Positions 12,581 to 24,539 of a DNA stretch of 64,000 nt are shown here, in pieces. Origin of the DNA: Selaginella moellendorffii (lineage: Eukaryota > Plantae > Lycopodiophyta); contig NW_003314273.1 of assembly GCF_000143415.4 (NCBI RefSeq), positions 2,604,719-2,668,718 on the forward strand, read 5' to 3'. Below the pieces are notes generated by a model. It searched no databases, had not been told where the DNA came from, and was given only the letters and a program-made list of their open reading frames with translations. The translations under genes and the position numbers were made by a program. Within the stretch, counting starts at the first letter, position 1, and every line of letters starts with the position of its first letter.

Positions 12581-14305
12581 TCACATTTTACCGAGTACAA
12601 GTGGCACTCCATGGATAGGCTTCAAGCCAAACTTCATCGCAGGATTATGGCGGTAGTTCGGTGAAAGCCGGAACGAGAATCGCTGTAGTATCATAGCCAG
12701 AATGACTTTGGCTTCGATCATCGCAAACGACTGGCCCACGCACACCCGCGGCCCAAACGAAAACGGCATGAAAGCATTTGGATGCTTGCACGCGCTTGAG
12801 ATCCCATCTTTGAAGCGATCTGGATTGAATTGTCCTGCATCTTCTCCCCAGAGCTCCTTATCCTGATGCAATCCAACGATTGGAAACGACACAGATACTC
12901 CTTTTGGAATGTGTAAAACTTGCAGCCAACACTCCTCCACACACTCCCTGGTCATCTCGTTTACTGGTGGATACAGCCGCAGAGTTTCGTAAAGGATCAT
13001 TCCCACCTGTTCAAGAATCAAGAAGTTAAGTTTTGGAATTAGGAGATATTGATCGACTTACGAGCTTGAGCCTGCTGACACTCTCGCCATCAGGAATATC
13101 ATTGCCACATACTTCGTGTACCTCAGCACGGGCGCGTTCTTGCCATTCAGGATAGCCTCCCAGTAACATCAAAGTCCAGGTTAGTAAGGTGGCTGTGGTC
13201 TCATGCCCCGCAATGTAGAATGTCTTGCATTCCTCTATCAGATCCCTGCTTGTGAAATTACTCCTGCTGTCACACTCCTTTAGCATCAGTCCGAGTAAGT
13301 CATTCCCGTATGTATTGCTCCCCCCTGACTTCACTGAGTTCCGACGCTCGTCTATGATCCCAGTGATCAGAGAATCCAACTCCTGATGAAGCTTCCACAG
13401 TTGGAGGTTGATTGGAAGTGGGAGAAACCTGTAAGCAAGTGAATATGATTCAGTTCAATAGATGATCCAGCATACCTAAAGCCTGGAATCCAGGAAAAGC
13501 TGACGAGTTTGGGCACTAGCTCTGGGATTTTCTTGGACAATATCTCGAAAACTCTCTGGCCTTTGAGATAGCTAGTTCCAAATGCTGTATGGGAGATAAC
13601 GTCTCCTGTGAGCTTACGCACCTCTCCAGAGATTTCAATCTCGGGATTCTGCTCCATCGTAGCTTCACATTGATCAAGCATGCGAGATGCACACCCTGCG
13701 ATTGTACTGGTCATTTGCTGTTTACAGGAGTATCAGAAACACTTATCAGCCAGATTTCATGAGAAGATAATAGTATGAATACCCACTTTAATACGTTCAT
13801 GAAAGAATGCTGGTGCTACGAGTCGGCGGTGATGACTCCACTCCTCTCCAGTAACAGAAACTAATCCACCACCAAGGAACAAGTTCGCCAACCGCAGCCC
13901 GGCCTCCGATTTATCAAACTGAGAAAACTTTTTAGACAAAACCTCCCTTACGATCTCAGGCTCCGAGACCAATATCCTTGGCTCAGTTCTCCACCAGAAC
14001 ACAAATCTCTTCCCTGGACCATGATCATCAGGAACGAAGCTTTGAGATTCATCAGGGATGACAAGAACATACCATATTGCTTCCGCCATTTGAGCAACGC
14101 AGGATGTACCCGATGGAAAATGTCGTGGCTGAAACTTTCCATGTCGTGATCCTTGATGGCGCTCCTCATGTTCTGGATTTCAGGTATTTGGCCTACCATG
14201 AATCGGGGTGGAGGCCCCTGAATGCCCTCCTTCTTGAGCTGCACGGCGATCGCCCTGGGGCGCCACCAGTAGACCGTCACGAATCACCATAGCGCTGCAG
14301 TGCAT
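12581..14305 (-). pseudogene. Cytochrome P450 (CYP72 clan) copy 1, probable pseudogene
   Basis: AGHETT, ETLRLYPP, PDRF and FSFGPRVCVG motifs; five exons. Compared with copy 2, it has a 38-bp frameshifting deletion just after the ATG (loses the membrane anchor) and CGA>TGA at codon R19. Confidence 0.85.
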
Positions 14306-14470
14306 TTCCTGGACTAAGGGTAAAATCTGTGGGAGTGGGCGAGCCAAGCAGATGGATACAAATAAGGATCCATCCCTAAGAAACTACTTGGAACTTGTAG
14401 CGTTACACTGTTACTCATTGATTTGTGGTGTGGTTCCTCACTCTTCAATGATATTGGACGACATCGCAAG

Positions 14471-17400
14471 TGTTACACGACACACCTCACCACGTGTCCA
14501 TTAGGGTTTTCCTGTTCTGTCCGCTAGTGCGGTGCGCTTTGATCCCGATTTGTCTCATGGTATCGGAGCTGGGATAGCGCTATGGAAGGAAAGCCATCCA
14601 TCCGCGAGTTTGATGGAGAAGGGTTTGAGGGATTCAAGATCCATCTTGAATCCTATCTCTTGTTTCATGGTTTGTTGGGGATTGTAGATGGGACAGAGTC
14701 ATCACTGGCTCCAGGCTCTAGCGCTGCTGAGGTGCGTGATTGGAACCTTCGGGATTCCAAGGCTAGAGGGAGTATTGCAATGTGCTTGTCCTCAAATGTT
14801 CTCTTTGCTGCCCCATCGATTCCAAAGTCCACTGCGGCAGAGCTTTGGAAGTGGCTGAGTGACACTTATGGCACCAAGAGTGAAATGGATGTCTTCAACA
14901 TCCATTCACAAATGGATTCCTTGAGGCTAGAGGAAAATGGCAGTATCCAGACTCACACTGCCAAGCTCCAGGGCTTCTTCACACAACTTGCAGCTGCTGG
15001 GGCGAAGCACTGTCTCACGGATGAGCAGCAGAGGCTGCGGCTCTACAGGTCCTTGCCAGCGAGCTGGAAGAATGCAGTTGAGAGCCTGCTTCTCCAACCA
15101 GGGATGACTTGGGCAGATGCCGTGAGGAGTCTTCGCAACATTGAGGCCATGCGAAGCGAGAGAGCTGAAATACCACAGGCTATGTATGCTTCGCAGGCTT
15201 CTGGTGATGCCCAGGTGGCAAAACCGCATGCAGCTGCAAATGCCCAGAAAGGGCAAAATTCCGTGGCATCTGGGCGTGCCAAGCCCAGACTTGCTAAGAA
15301 TCAGTGTGCTCGCTGCTTGGCGATGGGCCATTGGGCTCGAGATTGCCCTGCTCCCAAGCCTGTCAAGCGACTAGCTACGTTGGCAAAAGCTAATTTGCTT
15401 GAGCGTGATGGAATTGCTACTGCAAATGAGGCTGTTGAGGAGCTCTACAACGCAGAGGCAATTGCCGCACCAAGCCGGTGGCTCTTAGACTCTGGTTGTA
15501 CTAATCTTATGAGCAATAAGAAGAGTCTTTTTGAGTGTTATCAGCCGAGCATTGGAAAACGTGGTGTTCATTTAGGTGACAATACCACCATCCCTGTGGA
15601 CGGCATCGGGCAATTCCAGCTCTCACTCGATCATGGGAGGACCATGGCCTTTGATGGTGCCATGCATGTTTCCACCTTGCGACGAAACTTAATGTCCGTC
15701 GCCAAGCTATGTGATCAAAATGCGGTGGTAGTCTTTGATGCAAAGGGAGTCTCTTTAGTTGACTCTAGCGACTTTCATATGCTTGGTACACAGTTGCTTC
15801 GTGGGTCACGCATTGGGGACTTGTATGAGATTACTGCTGTCGACCCAATTCAGGCCTTTCAGACTGTGGAGGCAGATTCTCGTGCGGAGCTTTGGCATAA
15901 AAGACTTGGTCATGTTCATTACTAATCTCTTCAACGGATGAAATCCCAAGATATCGTTACTGGATTGGATTTCCGACATATCCCATCTACATTTTGTGAA
16001 GCTTGTGTTTTAGGCAAGCATCACCGCCGGAACTTCTCACCGAGTAAGCATCGAGCACTTGGACTTCTGGACTTAGTCCATTCTGATCTTTGTGGCCCCA
16101 TGGACGTGCCAAGCCATGATGGCGCAAGATATTTCATCACATTCATTGATGACTATAGCCGTCAAACATGCATCCACTTCTTGATGCGTAAGAGTGATGC
16201 AGTTGCTGCCTTTCAAACGTACAAGGCGTACGTTGAAAACCTCCTTGGTCAAAAGATAAAAGCTCTTCGAGTTGATGGTGGTGGCGAATACCTCAACAAT
16301 GAGCTTCGGGGCATCTGTCGTGATGTAGGCATACGACTGCAAGCTACAGCCCGCTACACCCCCCAGCAAAATGGTGTTGCAGAAAGGAAGAATCGTACTC
16401 TTGTCAATGCTGCTCGTGCTTTGTTAGCTGATGCACATCTTGACAAGATGTTTTGGCAAGAGGCCATAGCCACAGCAATGCATGTACAAAATCGCCTTGC
16501 CACGGCTGCTTTGGATGGAAAAACCCCTGAGGCATTTTGGACAGGTTCTACTCCTGATGTGTCCCACTTTCGGGTCTTTGGTTGTGCAGCATACGCATAT
16601 ACCCCTGATCAACTTCGGAAAAAGCTAGATCCCAAGAGTAAAAAATTCATCTTCGTGGGATATGCATAGGACGACACTATCGGGAGAAAAGCTTACAAGT
16701 TGTGGGATCTTGCCTCTCACAAGGCTATTGTAAGCACAGATGTCATGTTCAATGAAGACGACTTTCCCATGCGTACAGAGGCTCTTCAAGATCCTTCTTT
16801 TATTGCTGAGACTCGACTTGTTCCTTTGATCCCACTTATGGGAGATGGTCCACTCTTGCCTCCGCCTCAAGATCCTATTTATGAGTTGCCACCAGAGATT
16901 CCATTGGGGAATCCTCCACTTCTGGACATGCTTGAACCAGCTGATGCTCCTCTAGTTGAGGACAGGCCTCCGACACCTCCACCACCTTGTCGACGTCGTG
17001 GCATGCCTGATCCGATGCCAGTTCTTGATCACCCCCGGGAACGTCGGCCCTCGTTAAAAGTCCGGGAAAATGCTGAAGCAGATGCTGCAGAGCTTGATGA
17101 CTTTTGTGGCCTTATTGACATCGGCATCCCCATGACCTATGATGAGGCTATCTCAGGACCTGAGGCTTCATCTTGGATGGAAGCTATTGCGGAAGAAGTT
17201 TCTTCCATTCGGGCTAATGGAACTTATGTTCCAGTTGATTCAGCGCCACCGGGACGACGTGTTTTGGATCCAAAATGGATTTTTTCCAAAAAGTATGGGA
17301 AAGATGGCCAGGTTGTACGTTATAAGGCACGGTTGATTGTTCGTGGTTTTCGCCAAGTCCATGGCCTTGACTACGATGAAACATTCTCACCGGTTGTAAA

Positions 17401-18777
17401 AATGGCCAGCCTCCGTACTCTTGTTGCCCTTGCGGCTGCTCGCAAATGGCAAGTCCACCATATGGATGTCAAAACTGCATTTCTGAATGGGGATTTGCAA
17501 GAGGACATCTATATGCATATACCTCCTGGTTTTGAGGACGATGTTGCCCCTGGTGGCCCTATATGGCAATTGCGGAAAGCTTTGTATGGCTTAAAACAGA
17601 GCTCTCGTATTTGGTATCAAAAATTTGATGCCACCCTACGTGCTCAAGGCTTTCGTCGCTGTCATGCTGATCACAATGTGTATGTCAATGGTCATGCTGA
17701 GCGCATGGTTATTGTGGCCCTCTACGTTGATGATTTGCTCATCATGGGTGATGACAACGATGCCATTGCTGCTCTGAAAGATGCTCTCAGCCAGCAATTC
17801 CAGATGAAGGACCTTGGCCGAGTCTCCTACTTTCTTGGCTTTGAAGTCACACGTGATCCTGATTCTGGTGGCTACATGCTTAGCCAACGACGTAAAGTCG
17901 AAGTCTTGCTGGATCGGTTTGGTATGCGTGATTGCCACCCCGTCAAGACCCCGATGGTTGTTGGTGCTATCGACCTCACAGTTGAGCAGTCTGGTGAGCC
18001 TCTACCCACTGGGACTCCCTATCGGCATCTCATTGGTTGCCTCACATATTTGGCCCTGATGACTCGCCCCGACATCACATATGCAACTATTGCCTTGAGT
18101 CAGTACAACACATCACCAACCACCATACATTGGCAAGCTGCCAAGCGTATCGTGAGATACCTCCGGGGCACTATGGACTATGGCATTGCTTATTCAGGGG
18201 GTGATGCATCATTAGCATGCTACACAGATGCTAGTTTTGCCAACAACAAAGGTCATCGCTCGACTTCTGGCATTTGCCTTTCCTTCTCAGGAGGTGCCAT
18301 CACGTGGGCCTCCAAGCGACAATCTGTGGTGGCCCTTTCTAGTGCAGAGGCGGAGTACATCGCACTCACTACTGGTAGCAGGGATGTGGTCTGGGCTCGA
18401 GGGTTACTTGCTGAGCTGGGATGTGCACAAGCTGGCCCCACTACTTCTTGGTGTGACAACCGAAGCAGCATTGCTATGTCCAAGAACCCCGTCCACCATG
18501 CCCGCTCGAAGCACATTGAAGTCCAATTTCACTATGTGCGTGAGTTGGTTGACGGTGGCACCCTCGCCGTCCAACATCTTGGGACACAGGATATGCCAGC
18601 CGATCTTCTCACTAAGCCGTTGGGGCCACACCAGTTTCAGCTCCTATGTGACAGATTTGGTTTGGTGAGTGGCTTCGGTTTGGGGGGGAGTGTTACACGA
18701 CACACCTCGCCACGTGTCCATTAGGGTTTTCCTGTTCTATCCGCTAGCGCGGTGCGCTTTGATCCCGATTTGTCTCA
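14471..18777 (+). mobile_element. Full-length Ty1/copia retrotransposon (4307 bp)
   Basis: 87-bp LTRs at 14471-14557 and 18691-18777 (3 differences). PBS TGGTATCGGAGC (tRNA-iMet) at 14558-14569. PPT GGGGGGGAG before 18691. TSD GCAAG on both sides. Confidence 0.97.
14582..18724 (+). pseudogene. Copia gag-pol (CCHC knuckle, protease, integrase, RT, RNase H) with two in-frame stops
   Basis: CARCLAMGHWARDC, WLLDSG, HKRLGH..CEAC, HSDLCGP, NGVAERKNR, MDVKTAFLNG, LYVDD, YTDAS, SAEAEY. One frame, with TAA at 15923 and TAG at 16667. Confidence 0.95.
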
Positions 18778-21399
18778 GCAAGTACGTCAAATTCAAACTA
18801 GAGTTTTTAACTGTTTATAATACTGTTTTGATATGGATACGCTCAGTATACATATTTTTCTAGCCATTGGATTGAAACAGCATAGTTTAAACTATAGCCA
18901 TCAATCGGCATTGTGGAATAGATAGGACTGCCACAGTGGATCACACTAGTTTGGGCTTACATTGCTTCACCAGCCACTGCACAATAGAAACTACCCCTGC
19001 AAAATCCTCTGAATTGAAAAGAGATGAAAAACATATATCTTAGATGTACCTTAACATTGCATTTACCAACAGGAATCGACGTCCATTAATGGCTTCTCTC
19101 ACCCGTGGGGTGTCGCTCAGATGGCAGGGATCATCAGGGCAGAGTTACACGCTGGGCCTCAAGAGCGTAGTGGAGCATCGCAACTGGGTTGAAAGTGTGA
19201 TGGGATCACCAAGAAGACGATCATCCTCCCAGACAGTGACAATGATCACCACCATCCACAACAGTGCAAAGTCTTCGACGGTGATGAGTAAGAGTGGCAA
19301 ACACAGAGTGGCAGCCACAGGGAAAGAATGCTTTCAATACAACTAAGACAGGATTCATTGTCTAAAACAATTATATATGTTTTAACAATGAATCATTGGA
19401 CATATGAAAGTGAGTCATTGAAAAACAAAGTAGTTTTTCATGTAAACTGCAAGTACTTCTAGGAGATGTCCACAACACAGGTTGAGCTTGGTATTATACT
19501 CTCTAGACAGGTCCTTGGAAACTAGAACCATCCAGTCTGGTCAAGTCTCATTGCATATAGTCAATGAGTGTTTTCTAAAGCACCACCTAAGCACTATTGT
19601 TCTTGAGGAATGAAAACTTCATAACAAGCTGTAGATGTGAGCAATCTAGTAGAATTCTTTTTCAAGCCCAACAATTCAGTTTCCAGCACAAAAACCCTTA
19701 GTGTTCAAAAACACAGCACAATGATTTTAAGTGTTGTAAATTGTTTAAAACCTAAAATTTAATCCAAAACTTTTATATAAAAAAGAAAAGTATTTTAAGA
19801 ATGACAATAGATTGGATGTTGTATTTTTAATAAATTTTTCCATTTTCACAAAATAATCAAACTTAATTGATAATAGCAAGTTGTCATTCAGACTTTGGTA
19901 AACTGTTAACCTATTGTGACAAGTGTGAAAATTCATTTGTGTTAACATTTTGATTTTGAGATGATACTAAATCTAATCTGGCATTGGAATATATACATTT
20001 TTACATTATCAAGAAAAGTCAATGTAGCTTCTTCATCAAAACTCAAAACATGCCATGCTAAATTTATTCTTTATAATTTGAATAAATGTAAAATGCTTGT
20101 CGTTTTTTTGGAAGTTATGATATGCATTACATATTTGCTTTAATACATCAATTATAACATTTTGTACTTCGTGAAAGATAATAGCATTAGCTACAATCAC
20201 ACCATCAACATCCACTACAATATATATCTTTCTAATCGAGTTTTATGCAACACAAAATAATTTAATATTAAAAATAAAGTACCATATTATATGTAAAGAG
20301 TTATTTTTTAATAAAAATTTAATTAATTATTTTACAAATAATGATTAAATATAATATTGCAATTTTTTTCTTAATATAAAAGATAACTAAAGATAAATAT
20401 AATCAGATATTTTATCTGTAGATCAGGGATAGAGTAGTCAGTAAAAAATAATCACTTCAACATTTTGGATAAGTTCATTTTAAGTTTTTCAATATTATAA
20501 ATGTAGTTACACAACATACAAAGTTAATTATGCAAAAGTAAAGATGTTTATAATATTGCAACCTGAAAGTGTAAATCTTAGTCTTTGCAACTATAGTACT
20601 TGAATATATGCATTCTTCATATGTTGTGAATAAATCTTAACTCAAAATTAATCAAGATAACTTTTGTGTGTGGAAGCAGCTCATATAAACCAAGTACGAC
20701 ATCATTGCTATATCTGCACCGAAGTATTGGGCCAAAACTTACTTGGCTTGATTTTCAAATATATTTATTTCTTTTTAAAGTATCTGTTACATTATAACCT
20801 AATCTAAGTACATTTTAATCGTTAGATAATATGCTAGAATATCCAAGTATATTCTAAATGTATTGGAAATTTTTGTAGAACCCGAAAGTTCACTGATAAT
20901 CTATCATAATAAGGAGGAGTTGCCAAACTCTCTAGGCACTAGATCCAGCCAATGACAACTGTTTGATGGGGGTGTAATTGTAAAGGGGTTATTTTTTTAA
21001 CCACGTGTTGGCGAATAATCATGCTAATGTTTGCTCTCGGCCAATGGGAGGCGGCAAAACTGCATGGCAGCCCTTGCCACTGCTGCTGATTTGCAATCCA
21101 AATCTGAGGCACTGTGTCAATGCCACTGGAACAAACCACGTCTTGGTACTGTTTGTGTCCACGCTTTCTAATGTGTCCATTCTACTTTCTTTTCTTCTTC
21201 TCGAACGCTTAGTTTTGGCCATTTGCATCTAGAACACTTCAACTCTTGGTGTCTTTTCTTTCTGTTTTCGTTCTTTTCTTGATTTGGTTTTTGTGATACT
21301 TTGTGGTGTCTTTGCTCCCAAGAACCCCATCGCAAGTTTTCACTTTCTTATGCTCTCAACTTAACAGTTTTTTTTTCTTTTCTAGTTTTTCTTTCTGCA

Positions 21400-22540
21400 G
21401 GAGAAATACTGGCAACGAGACCATGATGCTCAAATCTCAAAGCTATTCCCTGTGGGTCTGATGCCTCTACGGAGCAAAAGACCAAGAAGTGGTATGTCTA
21501 GCTTTGCTTTGACAATCTTAAACACTCACTCGGCATTTTTTCATTCTGTTCTTCTTTTCCTAGATGAATATTTGAACCAAGAAGCAGAGAATGCAAAGAC
21601 ATTGTCTCTGTGACAGCACGTCATGTCCCCACCATGCTTCCAGGACCCTTTTTTTAACACTGATGTGTTTCCTGAGAGAGCTCTTACCGAGTGATCAGTT
21701 CTCTTGTCGAGTGATCGGTTCGTCAGGAAGCTCTTCCCGAGTGATCAGTTTGTCACTATATTCAAGAAACTATGGTATTGATTTGGCAAATTTTTCTCTT
21801 TGCAGGAGGAAAGCATTGAGAGAAGGTCAGGCACTTTCGTGTCTTGGTGAGTTGGCTTTTTTCTTTCAGTATTACCACTGGCTTCCTCAAAACTTATCCA
21901 GCTTCCAGGTTACCATGAAAATGTAGTGCACTACTTCTCTTCATGGTTTGAGAATGACTTTTTATGTATCCAAATGGAGCTGTGCGAGATGAATCTACGA
22001 GACGAGATGGATATTCATGGAGAAGAAGCTGACTGAGGTGATGTTTCAAGTAAGCAGCTCAATTGTGTTCTTTTCTTAGTTTGTCATGCATGACAGCTCT
22101 TAAATACTTTGAAGCACTTACACTCACATGGCCTCACTCACCTGGACGTGAAGCCCAACAAGATCTACATCCAGAATTGTGTCTACAAGATTGGCAACTT
22201 AGGCCTTGCCAATCGAATTGATGGAACCATTTCCATCAAGGATGGCAACTTGAGATATCTCCGGATGGAGCTCATTAACGATGATCACAGCCACCTCGAC
22301 AAATCTGACATGTTTTCCCTGGGGGCGACATTCTACGAGCTTGCGAGATACTCACCACCACCAGCATCTAGAACATTATATCAAGCCATCTACCAGGGAA
22401 AGCTTGCTCTTCTTCCTGGATTCTCTCTTGCATTCTAGAGCTTGATCAAGTCTCTGATGCATCCAACAGCAAAAAATCACCTCTTGGCTGCTCAAGCTCT
22501 CAAGAACACGCTCTTCAAGAAGTCCTCCAATAATAAGGAG
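21400..22540 (+). pseudogene. WEE1: WEE1-like kinase captured with its introns inside Helitron 1
   Basis: LRSKRPR, HVMSPPCF.DPF, RRKALREGQALSCLG|YHENVVHYFSSWFEN..CIQMELC, HLDVKPNKIYI, HLDKSDMFSLGATFYEL and GKLALLPGFS are all WEE1-type motifs. DFG is changed to NLG, the ATP-binding loop is missing, and there is a stop at 22436. Confidence 0.85.
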
Positions 22541-22989
22541 GAAGTGCTGATGTTTGCTCCCGGCAGCCAAACCACGTGGGGCGAGAGAAGAAGGCGCTGT
22601 GACATGTGTCATGCAAATGTGTTGACTATGACTATGTTTGTTGCTTGTCTTGTCGAGCAAAAAAGCTATTGCGAATTTTGCATGTACTCAATAACGTGGC
22701 AAAAATTAAGCAGGCCTTTGGGCCAACGGTTATGATTAACCCAAAGTTAATCAATTGCTTCATTTAGGATCTCTCTCTCCGATGGTACCGGCAGCTAGTG
22801 ATTCTAATATGGGGTCTCAAAACCATGTAGATTACAATTACCAGCCATTGCCAGATGATGTTTCTTTGTAGTAGCAACAAGTTCTAGGTGATGTAGAGAT
22901 GAATGGAGAGAGTAGTGAACCAGGTTTGTGTATAGTGCACCTGAATTTGGAGCTGAACTCCAAGCCCATTGTGCTACAAAACGAGAGTC

Positions 22990-24539
22990 TGTTACAATCC
23001 CACGAGCACCAGCTCCCCATTTCTAGCACCTGCACGCAAATTGGTGTCAGATGGAGTCTAGCACAATTTTGGTATACCGGTGGCCTAACGCGAAGAGGAG
23101 GGTACCTCACCGACTAGAGTAGCGTGGAGCTTGGGCTTAGACCCAAGCCGGATGTAAAATAAGGAGCAACACAGCCCAGCGGGAGCCAAACTAATGTCTT
23201 AAGTGGTCAAACATGCATTCCAACCACTATTTCTACTATACATCTGGAACCCCTCACTGTAGTGCACTTTATCTCTCTCCCCTTAAGCCAACTGGAAAAG
23301 GGGCAATTGCTTGATGAGAGAGCCCTTAGTGGCTATTTTATCCCCATTTATCCCCCAAGGTTCCAAGGATCCACGGTGACAGTATATCCAAATTTCATCC
23401 CATGATCACATGGGCTACACTCACCCCCCCTTCAGAAATGTCAATGTCCTCATTGACTATTGACTAACAACCCCTACTGAGCCAAGGGGAACCAGCACCT
23501 CCATTTCCGCACTCAATCTACCAATTCTTCCATTGTGTAGACCAGCTATTCCATGTGAGGCAACTAGTCATCCACCCGTACCGCAGTCCCACGGTGGATA
23601 CCTTCGTCCGTGGATACTCCACACAAGAGGAAGGACGTACGCGGATGCCCAATACATACGATTTCAAATTTTTAGGGGTAGGAATATACCTTGCTCAAGG
23701 GTATATTATACTTTTAAGTAGCCACTAATCAATGGGAATCGAACCCGTGCCATTTGCTCCGATACCAACTGTAGCGCACCTTATCTCTCTCCCCTTAAGC
23801 CAACTGGAAAAGGGGCAATTGCTTGATGAGAGAGCCCTTAGTGGCTATTTTATCCCCATTTATCCCCCAAGGTTCCAAGGATCCACGGTGACAGTATATC
23901 CAAATCTCATCCTATGATCACATGCGCTACACCCTCATAGCGCCCCCCCCCCCTTCCCCTTGAGGAACACACGCTTCGGGCTTTCATCCCAAGCCTCCCT
24001 TAGTATTAGGAGTTAGTCTTTGGGACAAGCTCAAAATTTACTAAATATGGAATGGCGCTAGATTGCGAATTTGGACACGGGACAAACACCATTGTGTTTA
24101 GGACAATCTCTACATTTTGTAGATATGCCAAATGAGCAAATCTAGACACTTTCTATAATTAGCATTTGGGACCAAAATGAAACTCACACAAAAGGCGTGA
24201 TAGCGAGGGTGTTTGGCAGACACGGTAAGTTATCATCCAGCAATATTGAGAAACTAGTCTCAACACGCGAGGATTCTTGCCAAGCCAGTGCAAGACAAAG
24301 CAAAAAAGAACTAACAAGCCGGGCCAAGTATGCTTAGCTAAATAGACACTTAGGAATTCCTTCCTTATGCTCATCCGGCTAAGTACAGATGCTAAGTCCA
24401 ATTTACTAACACTTGGACAAGAGGGGCTAATGAAGGGAACTAGCAGTACTGACCTCCTGCCGTCGTGGCAGTAAGGAAAGAGTGCCCGTAAGAACTGGCC
24501 AACAAGTATCTTTCAATACTTGAAGTCACATTTACAACA
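22990..24539 (-). mobile_element. Partial or solo LTR related to the 1.1-kb LTR family, nested in Helitron 1
   Basis: Colinear with 33230-34067 and ends ...gtcacatttacaACA at 24539. Left boundary is uncertain. Confidence 0.75.
23258..23931 (-). mobile_element. TRIM (miniature LTR retrotransposon, 674 bp) nested in the solo LTR
   Basis: 162-bp direct repeats at 23258-23419 and 23770-23931 with TG..CA ends. PBS (TGGTATCGGAGC on minus) at 23756-23767. PPT at 23420-23430. Flanking CCCTC duplication. Confidence 0.92.

Noticed and set aside
10417-16669. Stops repairable by U-to-C RNA editing or programmed read-through
   Set aside because: U-to-C editing is an organellar process. These are nuclear transposons with stops at scattered positions, so C>T decay explains them more simply.
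22109-22438. Functional protein kinase gene
   Set aside because: Catalytic motifs are mutated, the N-lobe is missing and there is a stop codon, so it is reported as a captured pseudogene.
23725-23770. tRNA gene
   Set aside because: Only a T-arm/B-box and the PBS are present; there is no cloverleaf.
23258-23931. Cassandra (5S-bearing) TRIM or hammerhead retrozyme
   Set aside because: No 5S rRNA segment and no complete hammerhead core (CUGAUGA...GAAA...UH) is visible in the LTRs.
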